From assembly GCA_944381095.1 (NCBI GenBank), contig CALWJW010000003.1, positions 1 through 52,875 of the forward strand: a stretch of 52,875 nt of DNA, read 5' to 3'. Below, piece after piece: positions 21,567-33,044 of this stretch. The translations under genes and the position numbers were made by a program. This stretch comes from an uncultured Clostridia bacterium (GTDB lineage: Bacteria > Bacillota > Clostridia > Oscillospirales > CAG-272). How positions within the stretch are numbered: the first letter of the stretch is position 1; the number at the start of each line of letters is the position of its first letter. Below the pieces are notes generated by a model. The model saw nothing but the letters and a program-made list of their open reading frames with translations, ran no database searches and was not told where the DNA came from.

Positions 21567-21784
21567 AATTTTTTAAGTCCGGAATCAGGACTGACCTTTC
21601 TGCAGATTTCCTTCACTTTTTCAAATATTTCATCATAAAGGCTTTCATCGCATTCAAACGAAAGTTTTTCCGAAAAAAAGCTTACGTTCACATTATCAAT
21701 TCCTTTTATTCCGGACACTGCCTTTTCGATTTTTGACGCGCAGTGCGCACAGTCGACATTTTCAAGTTTGCATACATATTTCAT
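21563..21784 (-). CDS. Stand-alone heavy-metal-associated (HMA) domain protein
   Basis: DCAHCA metal-binding motif, 73 aa, ATGA overlap with the ATPase gene; RBS AAGGGAG. Confidence 0.85.
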   Translation of the reverse strand: MKYVCKLENVDCAHCASKIEKAVSGIKGIDNVNVSFFSEKLSFECDESLYDEIFEKVKEICRKVSPDSGLKKL

Positions 21785-21836
21785 TTTAAAATCTCCCTTG
21801 CTCCTTTTCGAATATTAAATGTAATTCTATTTACAG

Positions 21837-22424
21837 TCATTCAAGCACATGTTCCATAGCTTGACTGAGCATTGTCCTGACATGATCGTCAGCAAGCCGA
21901 TATATGACGGTCTTTCCTGCCCTTTTCGAGGAAACCAGACTGCTTTGCCTGAGTATTCTCAGTTGATGAGAAACTGCCGAACTTGACATTTCTACCTCAT
22001 TGGCAATTTGTTGTACCCGCAGCTCGCTGTGCATAAGCGAATACAGTATTTTCAGTCTTGTTACATCTCCGAACACCTTGAAGAGCTCGGATACACCGGC
22101 AAGTGTTTCTGCCTCGGGCATAGCCTCTTGGGTTCCGCATGTCACTATTGCACAATTATGCTCCTGTCTTATGCCCTCATCCGTGACAATATCTGTTGCA
22201 TTCCCATTGCGTCTGCGGTAAACACTTCTGCTGTTTTCTTTAACTGACTCAGTTATTTTTCCCGGTTTGTTTCCGGTTATTTTTTCAGGCGTTTGTTCAT
22301 TCTGTAACTTCTGTAATTCCGTGTCACTGTGAATCTTATATCCTTTTCCGGCGGTAAACGCGGTCTTCTCGGTTACTTCTGTCTCAATATTTTTAAGCTG
22401 TTGTAAAACGGTATTTTTTTTCAT
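21837..22424 (-). CDS. ArsR/SmtB-family metalloregulator with N-terminal extension
   Basis: ELFKVFGDVTRLKIL, SAVSHQLRILR, YRLADDHV...EHVLE; RBS AAAGGAGG at 22433-22440. Confidence 0.88.
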   Translation of the reverse strand: MKKNTVLQQLKNIETEVTEKTAFTAGKGYKIHSDTELQKLQNEQTPEKITGNKPGKITESVKENSRSVYRRRNGNATDIVTDEGIRQEHNCAIVTCGTQEAMPEAETLAGVSELFKVFGDVTRLKILYSLMHSELRVQQIANEVEMSSSAVSHQLRILRQSSLVSSKRAGKTVIYRLADDHVRTMLSQAMEHVLE

Positions 22425-22449
22425 ATATTTAACCTCCTTTCCGACCTAT

Positions 22450-22503
22450 CACATGAATATGTGTTCATATGTTCAATATATCACACATCGATAATTTTGT
22501 CAA
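22450..22503 (-). promoter_or_regulatory. sigmaA promoter plus SmtB/CzrA-type operator palindrome
   Basis: TTGACA (22503-22498), 17 bp, TATATT (22480-22475); imperfect inverted repeat CATATGAACA-ca-TATTCATGTG at 22450-22471. Confidence 0.75.
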
Positions 22504-22642
22504 GTGTTTTTTCAGCTTTTTCTTGACGTCAGATCAAATATGACATGTTAAAATCGCTTTTTAATACATTTGTTAATTAAATGTGAAATATTTTCAAAAC
22601 CTATTGCATTTTTCTTTTTCGAGTGTACAATAACAAATAGTG

Positions 22643-22669
22643 TTAGCACTTAGTATATCTGAGTGCTAA
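22643..22669 (+). promoter_or_regulatory. CIRCE element (HrcA operator)
   Basis: TTAGCACTT-N9-GAGTGCTAA, one mismatch to TTAGCACTC-N9-GAGTGCTAA, directly upstream of groES. Confidence 0.93.
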
Positions 22670-22676
22670 AAATTAA

Positions 22677-22982
<306 letters not shown>

Positions 22983-22985
22983 TGA

Positions 22986-24656
<1,671 letters not shown>

Positions 24657-24907
24657 TAGATCCGCCCTGATTGCGCGGCGGCTCCGGAAACTGTATTATC
24701 ACACAAATTTCAGGTGACATAACACATTTTGAGATTTTTCGAATGCTGACACTTCGTTTTTATGTTGTTTGATTCCGCCTTTGCTGGTTACAATATGAAA
24801 TCGTGATAGTCACGTCGGCAAATTTCACTCAATAACAGCTTATTTTCCTACTTTTCCCGGAATGTCGATTCCACCTGCTGATAAACTACTGAATTTATTT
24901 TGAATTG

Positions 24908-24944
24908 AAAACGGCTTACGAATCTGCGTAGGCCGTTTTTGTTT
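24908..24944 (+). terminator. Intrinsic terminator about 250 bp downstream of groEL
   Basis: AAAACGGCTTACG-N6-CGTAGGCCGTTTTTGTTT. Confidence 0.7.
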
Positions 24945-25317
24945 GCTCTCCTGAATATTTCAGTGCTGTTAATGTAATTTTCAGCGGGCATGACGTCCGT
25001 CATTTTTTTCAGAAAATGTTTTCTGCTTTGCTGATTTGTTACATTCTAATATATATGGTAGTACTTTTGTGTAATAAAAAACTACTTTTATTTTACTTTG
25101 ATTTGTCATATACGAAATTTTTACATCAGTACGACTCCAATACTCTCCTTACTTACTTTTTGTATTTACAAAAACATTTCCGGTATTTGTTCAGTCAGAA
25201 TCAAATACTTCTTCGTTTGTTTACTACCCGTATTGAATCCCGTTTTGTAAGCCTCAATGCAAACATCTTACTCAGCATGTTTAACTGATATAATTTTTCA
25301 ACCTTCCGATTTTTCTA

Positions 25318-25352
25318 TTGACAAATAACGTTTTACATGGTAGAATTGTCAA
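25318..25352 (+). promoter_or_regulatory. sigmaA promoter of the MFS gene, bracketed by a TTGACAA/TTGTCAA inverted repeat
   Basis: TTGACA (25318), 17 bp, TAGAAT (25341) with TG extension; TTGTCAA at 25346-25352. Confidence 0.6.
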
Positions 25353-25381
25353 ACTGATACTGTAATCAGAGGTGATAAACT

Positions 25382-26671
25382 TTGACGGTAAAAGGAAAAC
25401 GCATCAATCAGTATTTTCTTAATCGCTGCCTTTACATAACAGAAGCTTTACTTGAATACCTGATTTCTCTTACAATCGCAGGTGCATTTATTGCCCGCCT
25501 CTCCTCTTATATCGGTTTGCCGGACGAAATAACCGGTATTATCACCGGTATGACATCGCTTGGAGTAGCATTTCAGTTTCTGGCGATATACATCAGAATC
25601 AAATCGGTTAAACCCACTGTCATTGCAGTACACGTCTTTAACCAGTCTCTTTTCTGTCTTCTTTATCTTATTCCTTTTTTCAACATTTCTGTTCTTGCAA
25701 AAACTATAATATTCGTAACTGCACTGGCTGTCGGTCTGGCAATCTCAAATGTTATTGCCCCGGTCAAGCTTAACTGGTATATGAAATCGGTTGATACCAG
25801 GTGCAGAGGTGTTTTTACGGCAAAAAAAGAAATAGTATCATTAATAGGCGGGATGATCTACACTACCGTTCTCGGAATTCTCATTGACCGATTTGATTCA
25901 GACGGCATGACCTTACGCTCATTTATTGCCTGCGCCACTGCAATATTCGCCGCTATGGCTCTCCATACCTTAACCTTGATTTTTTCAAAGGATGTTGATC
26001 CGAATAGTTGTGAAATTGCTATGGGAAACGAACCTGAGTTTCACATTGATCTTAAATATCTTCTTACAAACAAAAAAATATTGTCGGTAGTATTCATTTT
26101 TGTGCTTTGGTACATCTCAATTTATATGACAACACCTTTTTTCGGCACATATCAGATCAAAGAACTCGGTTTCTCTATGACATACATTTCGGTAATATCC
26201 GTTGTCTCAGGTATTACCCGGGCTTTGTTTTCGATTCCGATCGGAAAAATCGCTGACAAATACTCATTCAAGTTTATGTTGCTCCTTTCGTTCGGAATTC
26301 TTGCAGTTGCTTTTCTGTTCAGCACTTTCACTGTCCCTGAAAACGGCAAGATTTTCTTCATGATTTATTCGGTTTTGCTTGCGGTTTCCTACGCGGGAAT
26401 AGGCAGCGCCAGCTACAATCTGATTTATGAACAATTCGGAAGTGAAAATTCAGTTCCTATAATAGCATTCAGCAACGCCGTTTCCGGTACAGTCGGATTT
26501 CTTACAACTCTTGCTGTCAGCCCTCTGATAGCTTTGATTCAGCGTAACGGAAACGTTATTTTCGGTATTCCGCTTTATGCTCAGCAGTTGGTCTCCTTTA
26601 TTGCTTTCCTTATTACAGTCGCTGTAATATTCTACCTTAAATCAGCAGTAAGAACAGAAAAGCGGAGATAA
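25382..26671 (+). CDS. MFS transporter
   Basis: About 12 hydrophobic segments, GKIADKYS motif-A-like loop; TTG start after GAGGTG. Confidence 0.82.
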   Translation: MTVKGKRINQYFLNRCLYITEALLEYLISLTIAGAFIARLSSYIGLPDEITGIITGMTSLGVAFQFLAIYIRIKSVKPTVIAVHVFNQSLFCLLYLIPFFNISVLAKTIIFVTALAVGLAISNVIAPVKLNWYMKSVDTRCRGVFTAKKEIVSLIGGMIYTTVLGILIDRFDSDGMTLRSFIACATAIFAAMALHTLTLIFSKDVDPNSCEIAMGNEPEFHIDLKYLLTNKKILSVVFIFVLWYISIYMTTPFFGTYQIKELGFSMTYISVISVVSGITRALFSIPIGKIADKYSFKFMLLLSFGILAVAFLFSTFTVPENGKIFFMIYSVLLAVSYAGIGSASYNLIYEQFGSENSVPIIAFSNAVSGTVGFLTTLAVSPLIALIQRNGNVIFGIPLYAQQLVSFIAFLITVAVIFYLKSAVRTEKRR

Positions 26672-26895
26672 TTTTTTAAACCGGCATAAAAATCCTGACA
26701 TTGATACAAAGCCGATCCGGTTATACCGTCTGAAATTATTTGCGGCAGATACACAATGTTAAGTTTAAAACGCTTTTCAGTGAATCATTTCGAAATTATA
26801 ATTTACTGACGTAACGGTATCGCCTCTCGATACCTTATTACAGTTCTCTTGACATGTTTTAAAAAAAAATATATATATCCAGAAAGGACAAAATC

Positions 26896-27687
26896 ATGAG
26901 TAACGAAAAAGAATTTTTACTGTGGGAAGATAAAGTTCCCGGTTACATCGGCGGAGAAATTCCCAAAATAACCTACTATCCGAGTAAAAACAAAAAGGGG
27001 GACGGCGCAGTGGTAATATTCCCCGGAGGCGGTTACGCTATGAGAGCCGACCATGAAGGAAAAGGTTATGCAAAATATCTCTGCAATAACGGCATTGACT
27101 GCTTTGTAGTAGATTACAGAGTCAGCCCGAACCGTTTTCCTTATCCTCTGCTGGACGCCAGGAGAGCTGTAAGATTTGTACGCGCAAACGCCGGAAAATT
27201 CGGCGTAAACAAAAACAAAATAGCGGTCATGGGCTCATCTGCCGGAGGACATCTCGCCGCTCTTCTGTCAACATACAAACTGCCTGTTGAAGGAGAATCA
27301 GCTGACAACATAGATTCAAATGACTTTATGCCAAATCTGCAAATACTCTGTTATCCCGTTATTGACATAGAGGGTCACCGCGGTTCTTTTGTCAATCTCC
27401 TCGGTGACAATGCCGACGAGCTTGCCGACACAGTCACACCCTATTTGCTGTGTGACAAAAATACGCCTCCGGTTTTTCTTTGGCACACTTCCTGTGATCC
27501 CGCTGTGAATGTCATCAATTCTTACAGATACGCTATCGCTTTGCGCAAACTTTCAGTTCAGGTTGAAATGCATATTTACCCAGAAGGCGGTCACGGCCTC
27601 GGACTTGCCGAATCCACACCGTTTATTTCAGGATGGTCCGCAAGACTTTGCGAATTTCTGAGACACTACGGTTACATTAGCGAATAG
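26896..27687 (+). CDS. Alpha/beta hydrolase (carbohydrate esterase/BD-FAE-like)
   Basis: PGGGY, GSSAGGH nucleophile elbow, YPVI, HGLGL. Confidence 0.88.
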   Translation: MSNEKEFLLWEDKVPGYIGGEIPKITYYPSKNKKGDGAVVIFPGGGYAMRADHEGKGYAKYLCNNGIDCFVVDYRVSPNRFPYPLLDARRAVRFVRANAGKFGVNKNKIAVMGSSAGGHLAALLSTYKLPVEGESADNIDSNDFMPNLQILCYPVIDIEGHRGSFVNLLGDNADELADTVTPYLLCDKNTPPVFLWHTSCDPAVNVINSYRYAIALRKLSVQVEMHIYPEGGHGLGLAESTPFISGWSARLCEFLRHYGYISE

Positions 27688-27796
27688 TTAAATATTTTTT
27701 AACAACTGCATCAAAACAATCGGTTTCAGTCACTTTTTTGCTATTTTCAGGTCATTGCCACAAAAGAATGATACTGTTTTTCGCTGAGATTACATA

Positions 27797-27977
27797 TTAA
27801 GGCAACACCGCACAATTCTGACTGCGCAAATCTGCCGTCAGATTTTTCGTCAAACAAACCAAATTGACGCAGGCAATAGTGGATCTATTGACAAGGAGAT
27901 TTGTGCAGTTTGGCGAAAAAGATGCAAAAAGTTGTGCGGTCAAGGCGCGAGCCGTGAATTGCGCGGTGGTGCCTTAA
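27797..27977. mobile_element. MITE-like palindromic repeat, copy 1 (181 bp including TTAA at both ends)
   Basis: Terminal IR TTAAGGCAaCACCGCaCAATTC...GAATTGcGCGGTGgTGCCTTAA; identical to 49959-50139. Confidence 0.85.
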
Positions 27978-28106
27978 ATTTAACACCGACTTTCCGACAT
28001 TCTTACGTCACTGTCACAAAAGTATAGCACTGTTTTTCTTTGAGATATCGTTATCAAAATTACTCATGACAGTGGACCGGAACAAGCAAGATCATCCAAA
28101 TAAATA

Positions 28107-28168
28107 CAGCCGTCTTTTAATGGGAATTACAGGCTTTTGACCATACCCATAAAGACGGCTGCTTTTTT
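28107..28168. terminator. Hairpin terminator between the hydrolase and the pho operon
   Basis: CAGCCGTCTTT...ATGGG-loop-CCCAT AAAGACGGCTG then a T run. Confidence 0.6.
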
Positions 28169-28224
28169 ACTTTGTTTTTATTTATTCACTAAAATAATGC
28201 CATATTCCAAAGCCGTTAAAACAG

Positions 28225-29904
28225 TTAAAAATCAGACTGTTCACCCGACTTTTCCCCGAAAATAACGGTTACTGTGGTTCCCTCACCTTCCTTGCTTTCC
28301 AATTTTACCACAGCTCCGGTTAACCTTGCCGCATGTTTTACTATTGACAGTCCGAGTCCGGTTCCCCCGATTTCCCTCGAACGGTTTTTATCCACCCGGT
28401 AAAATCTTTCAAAAACACGCTCAATGTCTTTTTCCGGAATGCCTATTCCGGTATCACTGACTTCAAGAATAGTTTTTTTCGCTTGGTTTTTAAGCTTGAC
28501 TATTACTCTGCCGTTTTCTTTGTTGTATTTGATAGCGTTATCACAAAGATTATATACTATATCAAAAATAAGCCTTCTGTTTCCGTGAACGAAGCGCTCC
28601 TCTCCGCTGACAACAAATTCTATGCCCTTTTCTTTTGCCGGACGCTCAAGAATCTTTTGTACTTCCTTTGAAACCTCAAATAAGTCAACAAGCTCAGAAT
28701 CATCTCCTTTACGGCCGTCGTCAAGCTCGGACAATTTAATTATGTCGTTCACAAGTGTTATCAGCCTCTGCGCCTCATCGTATATAACTGCCGAAAATTC
28801 TTTTACATCCTTCGCTCCGACAGTTCCGCTTTTCATGAGCTCGGCAAAACCGGATATAGAAGTCAGCGGCGTTTTCAGCTCATGCGAAACGTTCGCTGTA
28901 AACTCCCTTCTTAACTGTTCTCTTTCCTCTGTCTCGGTAACATCTATCAGTATTATTACCGCGCCTACGCTACCGGTGGATTCAGTTGAAGGACTTCCGA
29001 TAACTCGACATATTCCCTTTCCGGTCCTCATCAGTTCATCGCTCATTTCTCCCATAAGCGCTTTTTCTACCGCGTTTCTGAAAACTCCGCTTCTGTTGAG
29101 TGTGTAAACAGAAGAATTTTCAGTCGGTTCTTTGCTTTCAAGCAATGTGAGTGCCGCCGGATTATAAAATATGATTTTCTTATTGCTGTCGGCTATTATT
29201 ATGCCTTCCTCCATATTATCGGTTATCAGCGAAAACTCTTTTTCTTTTTGTTGTGCCTGTTCTATCTGATTTTTCAGTAATCTTTTCTGTTTACCGAGAT
29301 TATAAACCAACGGAGAAATTTCATCGTAAACGTCACTTGCCTCAGGGTTTTCGGGATCTATACAGTTTATCGGCTTTACAATACTGTCAGTTGCCCTGTG
29401 TGCCAGCAGCGCCGCCGCTATCACTGTAAGAATCGCCGTCGAAACCAATGGCGGCAAGCTTTCCTTTACCAGTTTATATACTATACTTTCGGTTACGGCA
29501 AGTCGCATTATATTGCCGTTTTCCATTAACTTTGCGTAATATATTGTCTTAATAGAAAGTGTGGGAGAAAGTCTTGTGCTGAATCCGTAACCTTTTTCAA
29601 GTGCCGACTTCACCTCTTCCCTTTCGAGATGATTCTCCATAGCTTCGCTGTCGGCACGGTTATCGTAGATTACCGTACCGTCCGTGGATATTACAGTTAT
29701 CCTTTTATTTACATCCTTAACGCCGTCCAGAAAAACTTTACCTTCCGTACCGTATCCGTATATCAGATAATCCGTCTCTGTCTGCATTTCCGTCATCAGC
29801 TGCTTTTCATATGCCCGTGTCATTATTCCGGACAGAAACAGCATTGTCACCGCGAGCACTGCAAACGACACAAGACATATTGCGCGGAATATCTTTCTGC
29901 TCAT
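28225..29904 (-). CDS. phoR: Phosphate-regulon sensor histidine kinase
   Basis: Two TM segments, PAS, FTANVSHELKTPLT, NLCDNAIKYN, DTGIGI, FERFYRVDK, GGTGLGL; in pst operon; alternative start 29931. Confidence 0.9.
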   Translation of the reverse strand: MSRKIFRAICLVSFAVLAVTMLFLSGIMTRAYEKQLMTEMQTETDYLIYGYGTEGKVFLDGVKDVNKRITVISTDGTVIYDNRADSEAMENHLEREEVKSALEKGYGFSTRLSPTLSIKTIYYAKLMENGNIMRLAVTESIVYKLVKESLPPLVSTAILTVIAAALLAHRATDSIVKPINCIDPENPEASDVYDEISPLVYNLGKQKRLLKNQIEQAQQKEKEFSLITDNMEEGIIIADSNKKIIFYNPAALTLLESKEPTENSSVYTLNRSGVFRNAVEKALMGEMSDELMRTGKGICRVIGSPSTESTGSVGAVIILIDVTETEEREQLRREFTANVSHELKTPLTSISGFAELMKSGTVGAKDVKEFSAVIYDEAQRLITLVNDIIKLSELDDGRKGDDSELVDLFEVSKEVQKILERPAKEKGIEFVVSGEERFVHGNRRLIFDIVYNLCDNAIKYNKENGRVIVKLKNQAKKTILEVSDTGIGIPEKDIERVFERFYRVDKNRSREIGGTGLGLSIVKHAARLTGAVVKLESKEGEGTTVTVIFGEKSGEQSDF

Positions 29905-29927
29905 AATTTCCACCTTCCGTATACCGG

Positions 29928-30614
29928 TCATTTTTTCAGTTTGTATCCGATTCCTTTTACCGTCTCAATAATCTTTTCTTCATTGCCGTCCTCTCCGAGC
30001 TTTGCTCTGAGCTTTCTTATATGTACATCTACTGTACGACTTTCACCGTCAAAACTGTATCCCCATACGTTTTCAAGAAGCCAGTCTCTGGTACACACTC
30101 TGCCGTCCGCTTTTACTATCGCCAGCAAAAGCTCAAACTCTTTAAGGGAAAGACTTATCTCCTTACCGTCCACAGCCACCGTATGCTCCGGCACCGATAT
30201 TTTGAGTCGATTTATGATGTAAACTTCTTTTTCCGATTTTTCTTCCGGACCGCCGACCCGTCTCTGCAACGCTTTTACTCTTGCAATCAGCTCCATCATG
30301 CCGAAAGGCTTTGTGATATAATCATCTGCTCCGCTGTCCAGACCGTAAACCTTGTCATACTCCGAAGCTTTTGCCGTTATCATTATAACCGGTATTTTCG
30401 TCGTTCTCCGATCTTTTCTGAGTTTACCCAGTATCTGCAATCCGTCTTCTTCCGGTAACATTATATCAAGAAGTATCATATCCGGAAGCTGTTCCCGCAT
30501 TTTTTCCCAGAACTCCGACGGTTTCTCAAAACCTGTTGCTTCAATCCCGTTATTATTCAGTGCATAACTCACCAGTTTTCTGATGTTGATATCGTCTTCC
30601 ACAAAGTATATCAT
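29928..30614 (-). CDS. phoB: OmpR-family response regulator (PhoB/PhoP)
   Basis: VEDD, LLDIMLP, GADDYITKPF, RTVDVHIRKLR, TVKGIGY. Confidence 0.9.
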   Translation of the reverse strand: MIYFVEDDINIRKLVSYALNNNGIEATGFEKPSEFWEKMREQLPDMILLDIMLPEEDGLQILGKLRKDRRTTKIPVIMITAKASEYDKVYGLDSGADDYITKPFGMMELIARVKALQRRVGGPEEKSEKEVYIINRLKISVPEHTVAVDGKEISLSLKEFELLLAIVKADGRVCTRDWLLENVWGYSFDGESRTVDVHIRKLRAKLGEDGNEEKIIETVKGIGYKLKK

Positions 30615-30632
30615 TTGCTCACAGCTCCTATA

Positions 30633-31292
30633 TCATTTGTGCGGCTCTTCGTCTGTAACGTGAATTCCCGTTATTGAGTATTCAACCCATTCAGCTATAT
30701 TCACTGCATGATCGGCTATCCTTTCAAGATATTTCGCTATCATAAGAAGGTCAAGGCAAACATTGGCGCTTTCGGGACTTTCACTTATTACTCCGGTCAG
30801 CTCTTGCTTTACTTTCAAAAACAACCCGTCCACCACATCGTCATGTGCTATAACTTCTTTTACCGTCTGCATATCCTTACGCACAAAAGAATCCACACTG
30901 TCCTTGACCATTCTGACGGCATGCTCAGCCATTTCCCCTATGTGAACTTTTGCAAGCAGGTTGTTTTCCTTTACATACTGCGATATTTCCGCTATATCCG
31001 CCGCCTGATCGCCGATCCTTTCCATATCTGAGATCATCCGCAATGCGGCAGAGATTGTACGAAGGTCTTTTGCAACCGGCTGCTGCTGAAGCAACAACCT
31101 CATCGACTTACCCTCTATTTCACGCTCTTTTTCATCAATTTGTCGGTCGGTTTCAAAAACTTTCTGCACCTGAGCTTCGTCATGTTCAAGAAGTGCTTTT
31201 GACGAACAGTATATAGCTTCCTCACAAAGTGCTCCCATGGTTATCAGATCGCTGCTCAGCATTTCAAGCTGGCTGTCAAAATTTTTTCTCAT
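30633..31292 (-). CDS. phoU: Phosphate signalling protein PhoU
   Basis: QQPVAKDLR, DMERIGDQA, YLERIADHAVNIAE; RBS GGAGG. Confidence 0.95.
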   Translation of the reverse strand: MRKNFDSQLEMLSSDLITMGALCEEAIYCSSKALLEHDEAQVQKVFETDRQIDEKEREIEGKSMRLLLQQQPVAKDLRTISAALRMISDMERIGDQAADIAEISQYVKENNLLAKVHIGEMAEHAVRMVKDSVDSFVRKDMQTVKEVIAHDDVVDGLFLKVKQELTGVISESPESANVCLDLLMIAKYLERIADHAVNIAEWVEYSITGIHVTDEEPHK

Positions 31293-31302
31293 AGCCCCTC
31301 CG

Positions 31303-32052
31303 TCACCCAAATCTTCCGGTTATATAATCTTCAGTCCGTTTGTCTTCCGGCGTATTGAACATTTTCTCGGTATCACTGTATTCGATAACCTCTCCAAGCA
31401 GGAAAAACGCTGTTCTGTCAGCTATTCTCAATGCCTGTTGCATATTATGCGTCACTATTATTATAGTGTATTTTTCCTTTAAGTCAAGTGTTAAATCCTC
31501 AATTTTTGACGTTGATATCGGGTCAAGCGCCGATGTCGGTTCGTCCATAAGCAAAACCTCCGGTTCAACTGCCAGCGCCCTGGCTATACACAACCTTTGT
31601 TGCTGTCCTCCCGAAAGACCCAAAGCGCTTTTTTTCAGTCTGTCCTTTACTTCATCCCAGATAGCCGCATTCCTGAGTGATCTTTCCACTATCTCGTCCA
31701 GCTTAACTTTTGATCGTATACCGTGAGTTCTCGGACCGAATGCTATATTATCATAAATACTCATTGGAAACGGATTTGGCTTCTGAAACACCATTCCGAC
31801 TCTCTTTCTCAGATGCCCGGTATCCATATCACCGTATATATCTTCTCCGTCGAGCATTACCTTGCCTTCTATTCTGCATCCCTGAACCAGGTCGTTCATT
31901 CTGTTCAGAGTTTTCAGAAGTGTTGACTTTCCGCATCCGGACGGTCCTATAAAAGCCGTTATCTGCTCAGACGGTATCGAAAGGCTGACGTTTTTCAGAG
32001 CTTTAAACTCTCCGTAATAAAGATTCAAATTTTCAATTCTGAATTTTTCCAT
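31303..32052 (-). CDS. pstB: Phosphate ABC transporter ATP-binding protein
   Basis: [52 protein letters not shown]. Confidence 0.96.
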   Translation of the reverse strand: MEKFRIENLNLYYGEFKALKNVSLSIPSEQITAFIGPSGCGKSTLLKTLNRMNDLVQGCRIEGKVMLDGEDIYGDMDTGHLRKRVGMVFQKPNPFPMSIYDNIAFGPRTHGIRSKVKLDEIVERSLRNAAIWDEVKDRLKKSALGLSGGQQQRLCIARALAVEPEVLLMDEPTSALDPISTSKIEDLTLDLKEKYTIIIVTHNMQQALRIADRTAFFLLGEVIEYSDTEKMFNTPEDKRTEDYITGRFG

Positions 32053-32162
32053 GGCTCCCCTCCGTCGCTGATTACTCAATTGTTCCGACTTTGTTTAACG
32101 AAAATAAATTAAGTTACGTTTGTTTTTGTTTTAATGATTTGCGACAAGCGCTTCGTACAGTT

Positions 32163-33044
32163 TCAGCTTTTCAGTTTTTTTGCTATCCTCGAACTGAAAA
32201 AGTTCAGCAGAAGAACAAAACCGAGTATCACTACCGCCGTTGCATAAGCCTCTTTTATATGCAAGCCTTCGTTCATGAGAACGTAAAGATGAACTGAAAG
32301 CGTCCTGCCGGAACCCATAACGTTTTTCGGTATGTTTGTGGCCGTTCCGGAGGTATAAATCAGCGCTGCCGTCTCGCCTATTATTCTTCCCATACTCAGA
32401 ACTACGCCGGCAAATATCCCGTTGACAGCAGACGGCAGAACTATTTTAAACACAGTGCGCAGTCTTCCCGCACCGAGTCCGAAAGCACCCTCTCTGTACG
32501 AATCCGGAACAGCCAGAAGCGCTTCCTCGGTCGTCCTTATCATGACCGGCAGTATCATTATTGAGAGCGTAAGTGCTCCTCCGAGTAACGAATAATCAAA
32601 ACGCAGCGCAAGATTGAAAAAGAGGTAACCGAACAGTCCGTATACAATTGAAGGTATTCCTGACAGCGTTTCAGCCGTAATCCTGATAATTTTTACCAGC
32701 TTGTTTCCCTTTGAAGCATATTCTACAAGATATATTGCTGTAAAAATACCAATCGGAACGGCAAGTCCGAGCGACATCGCCGTCATTATCAGAGTATTGA
32801 ATATTGCAGGGAGCATTGAGACATTTTCCTCGGTATACACCGGAGAAAACAAAGAGGGTTTCAGGTTTGGTATTCCTTTTGCAAGAATATACACTATGAG
32901 TACTATTACCGATAAAAGTGTTATCGCCATGCATATATATACCGCCGACATCACGGCAAATGAAACCTTGTGTTTACGGTAATTGCTCAGTTTTTGCCTG
33001 AAACTAACGTAATTTACACCTCTGCTTTGAGCATTACCTTTCAT
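32163..33044 (-). CDS. pstA: Phosphate ABC transporter permease PstA
   Basis: IYLVEY, LSGIPSIVYGLFG, RTTEEAL, GRIIGETAAL. Confidence 0.95.
   Translation of the reverse strand: MKGNAQSRGVNYVSFRQKLSNYRKHKVSFAVMSAVYICMAITLLSVIVLIVYILAKGIPNLKPSLFSPVYTEENVSMLPAIFNTLIMTAMSLGLAVPIGIFTAIYLVEYASKGNKLVKIIRITAETLSGIPSIVYGLFGYLFFNLALRFDYSLLGGALTLSIMILPVMIRTTEEALLAVPDSYREGAFGLGAGRLRTVFKIVLPSAVNGIFAGVVLSMGRIIGETAALIYTSGTATNIPKNVMGSGRTLSVHLYVLMNEGLHIKEAYATAVVILGFVLLLNFFSSRIAKKLKS

Noticed and set aside
25016-25288. Short ORFs in AT-rich gaps (also 18578-18802, 19000-19227, 46275-46634)
   Set aside because: No RBS, L/F/Y-rich composition typical of non-coding T-rich DNA, and some run through terminators.
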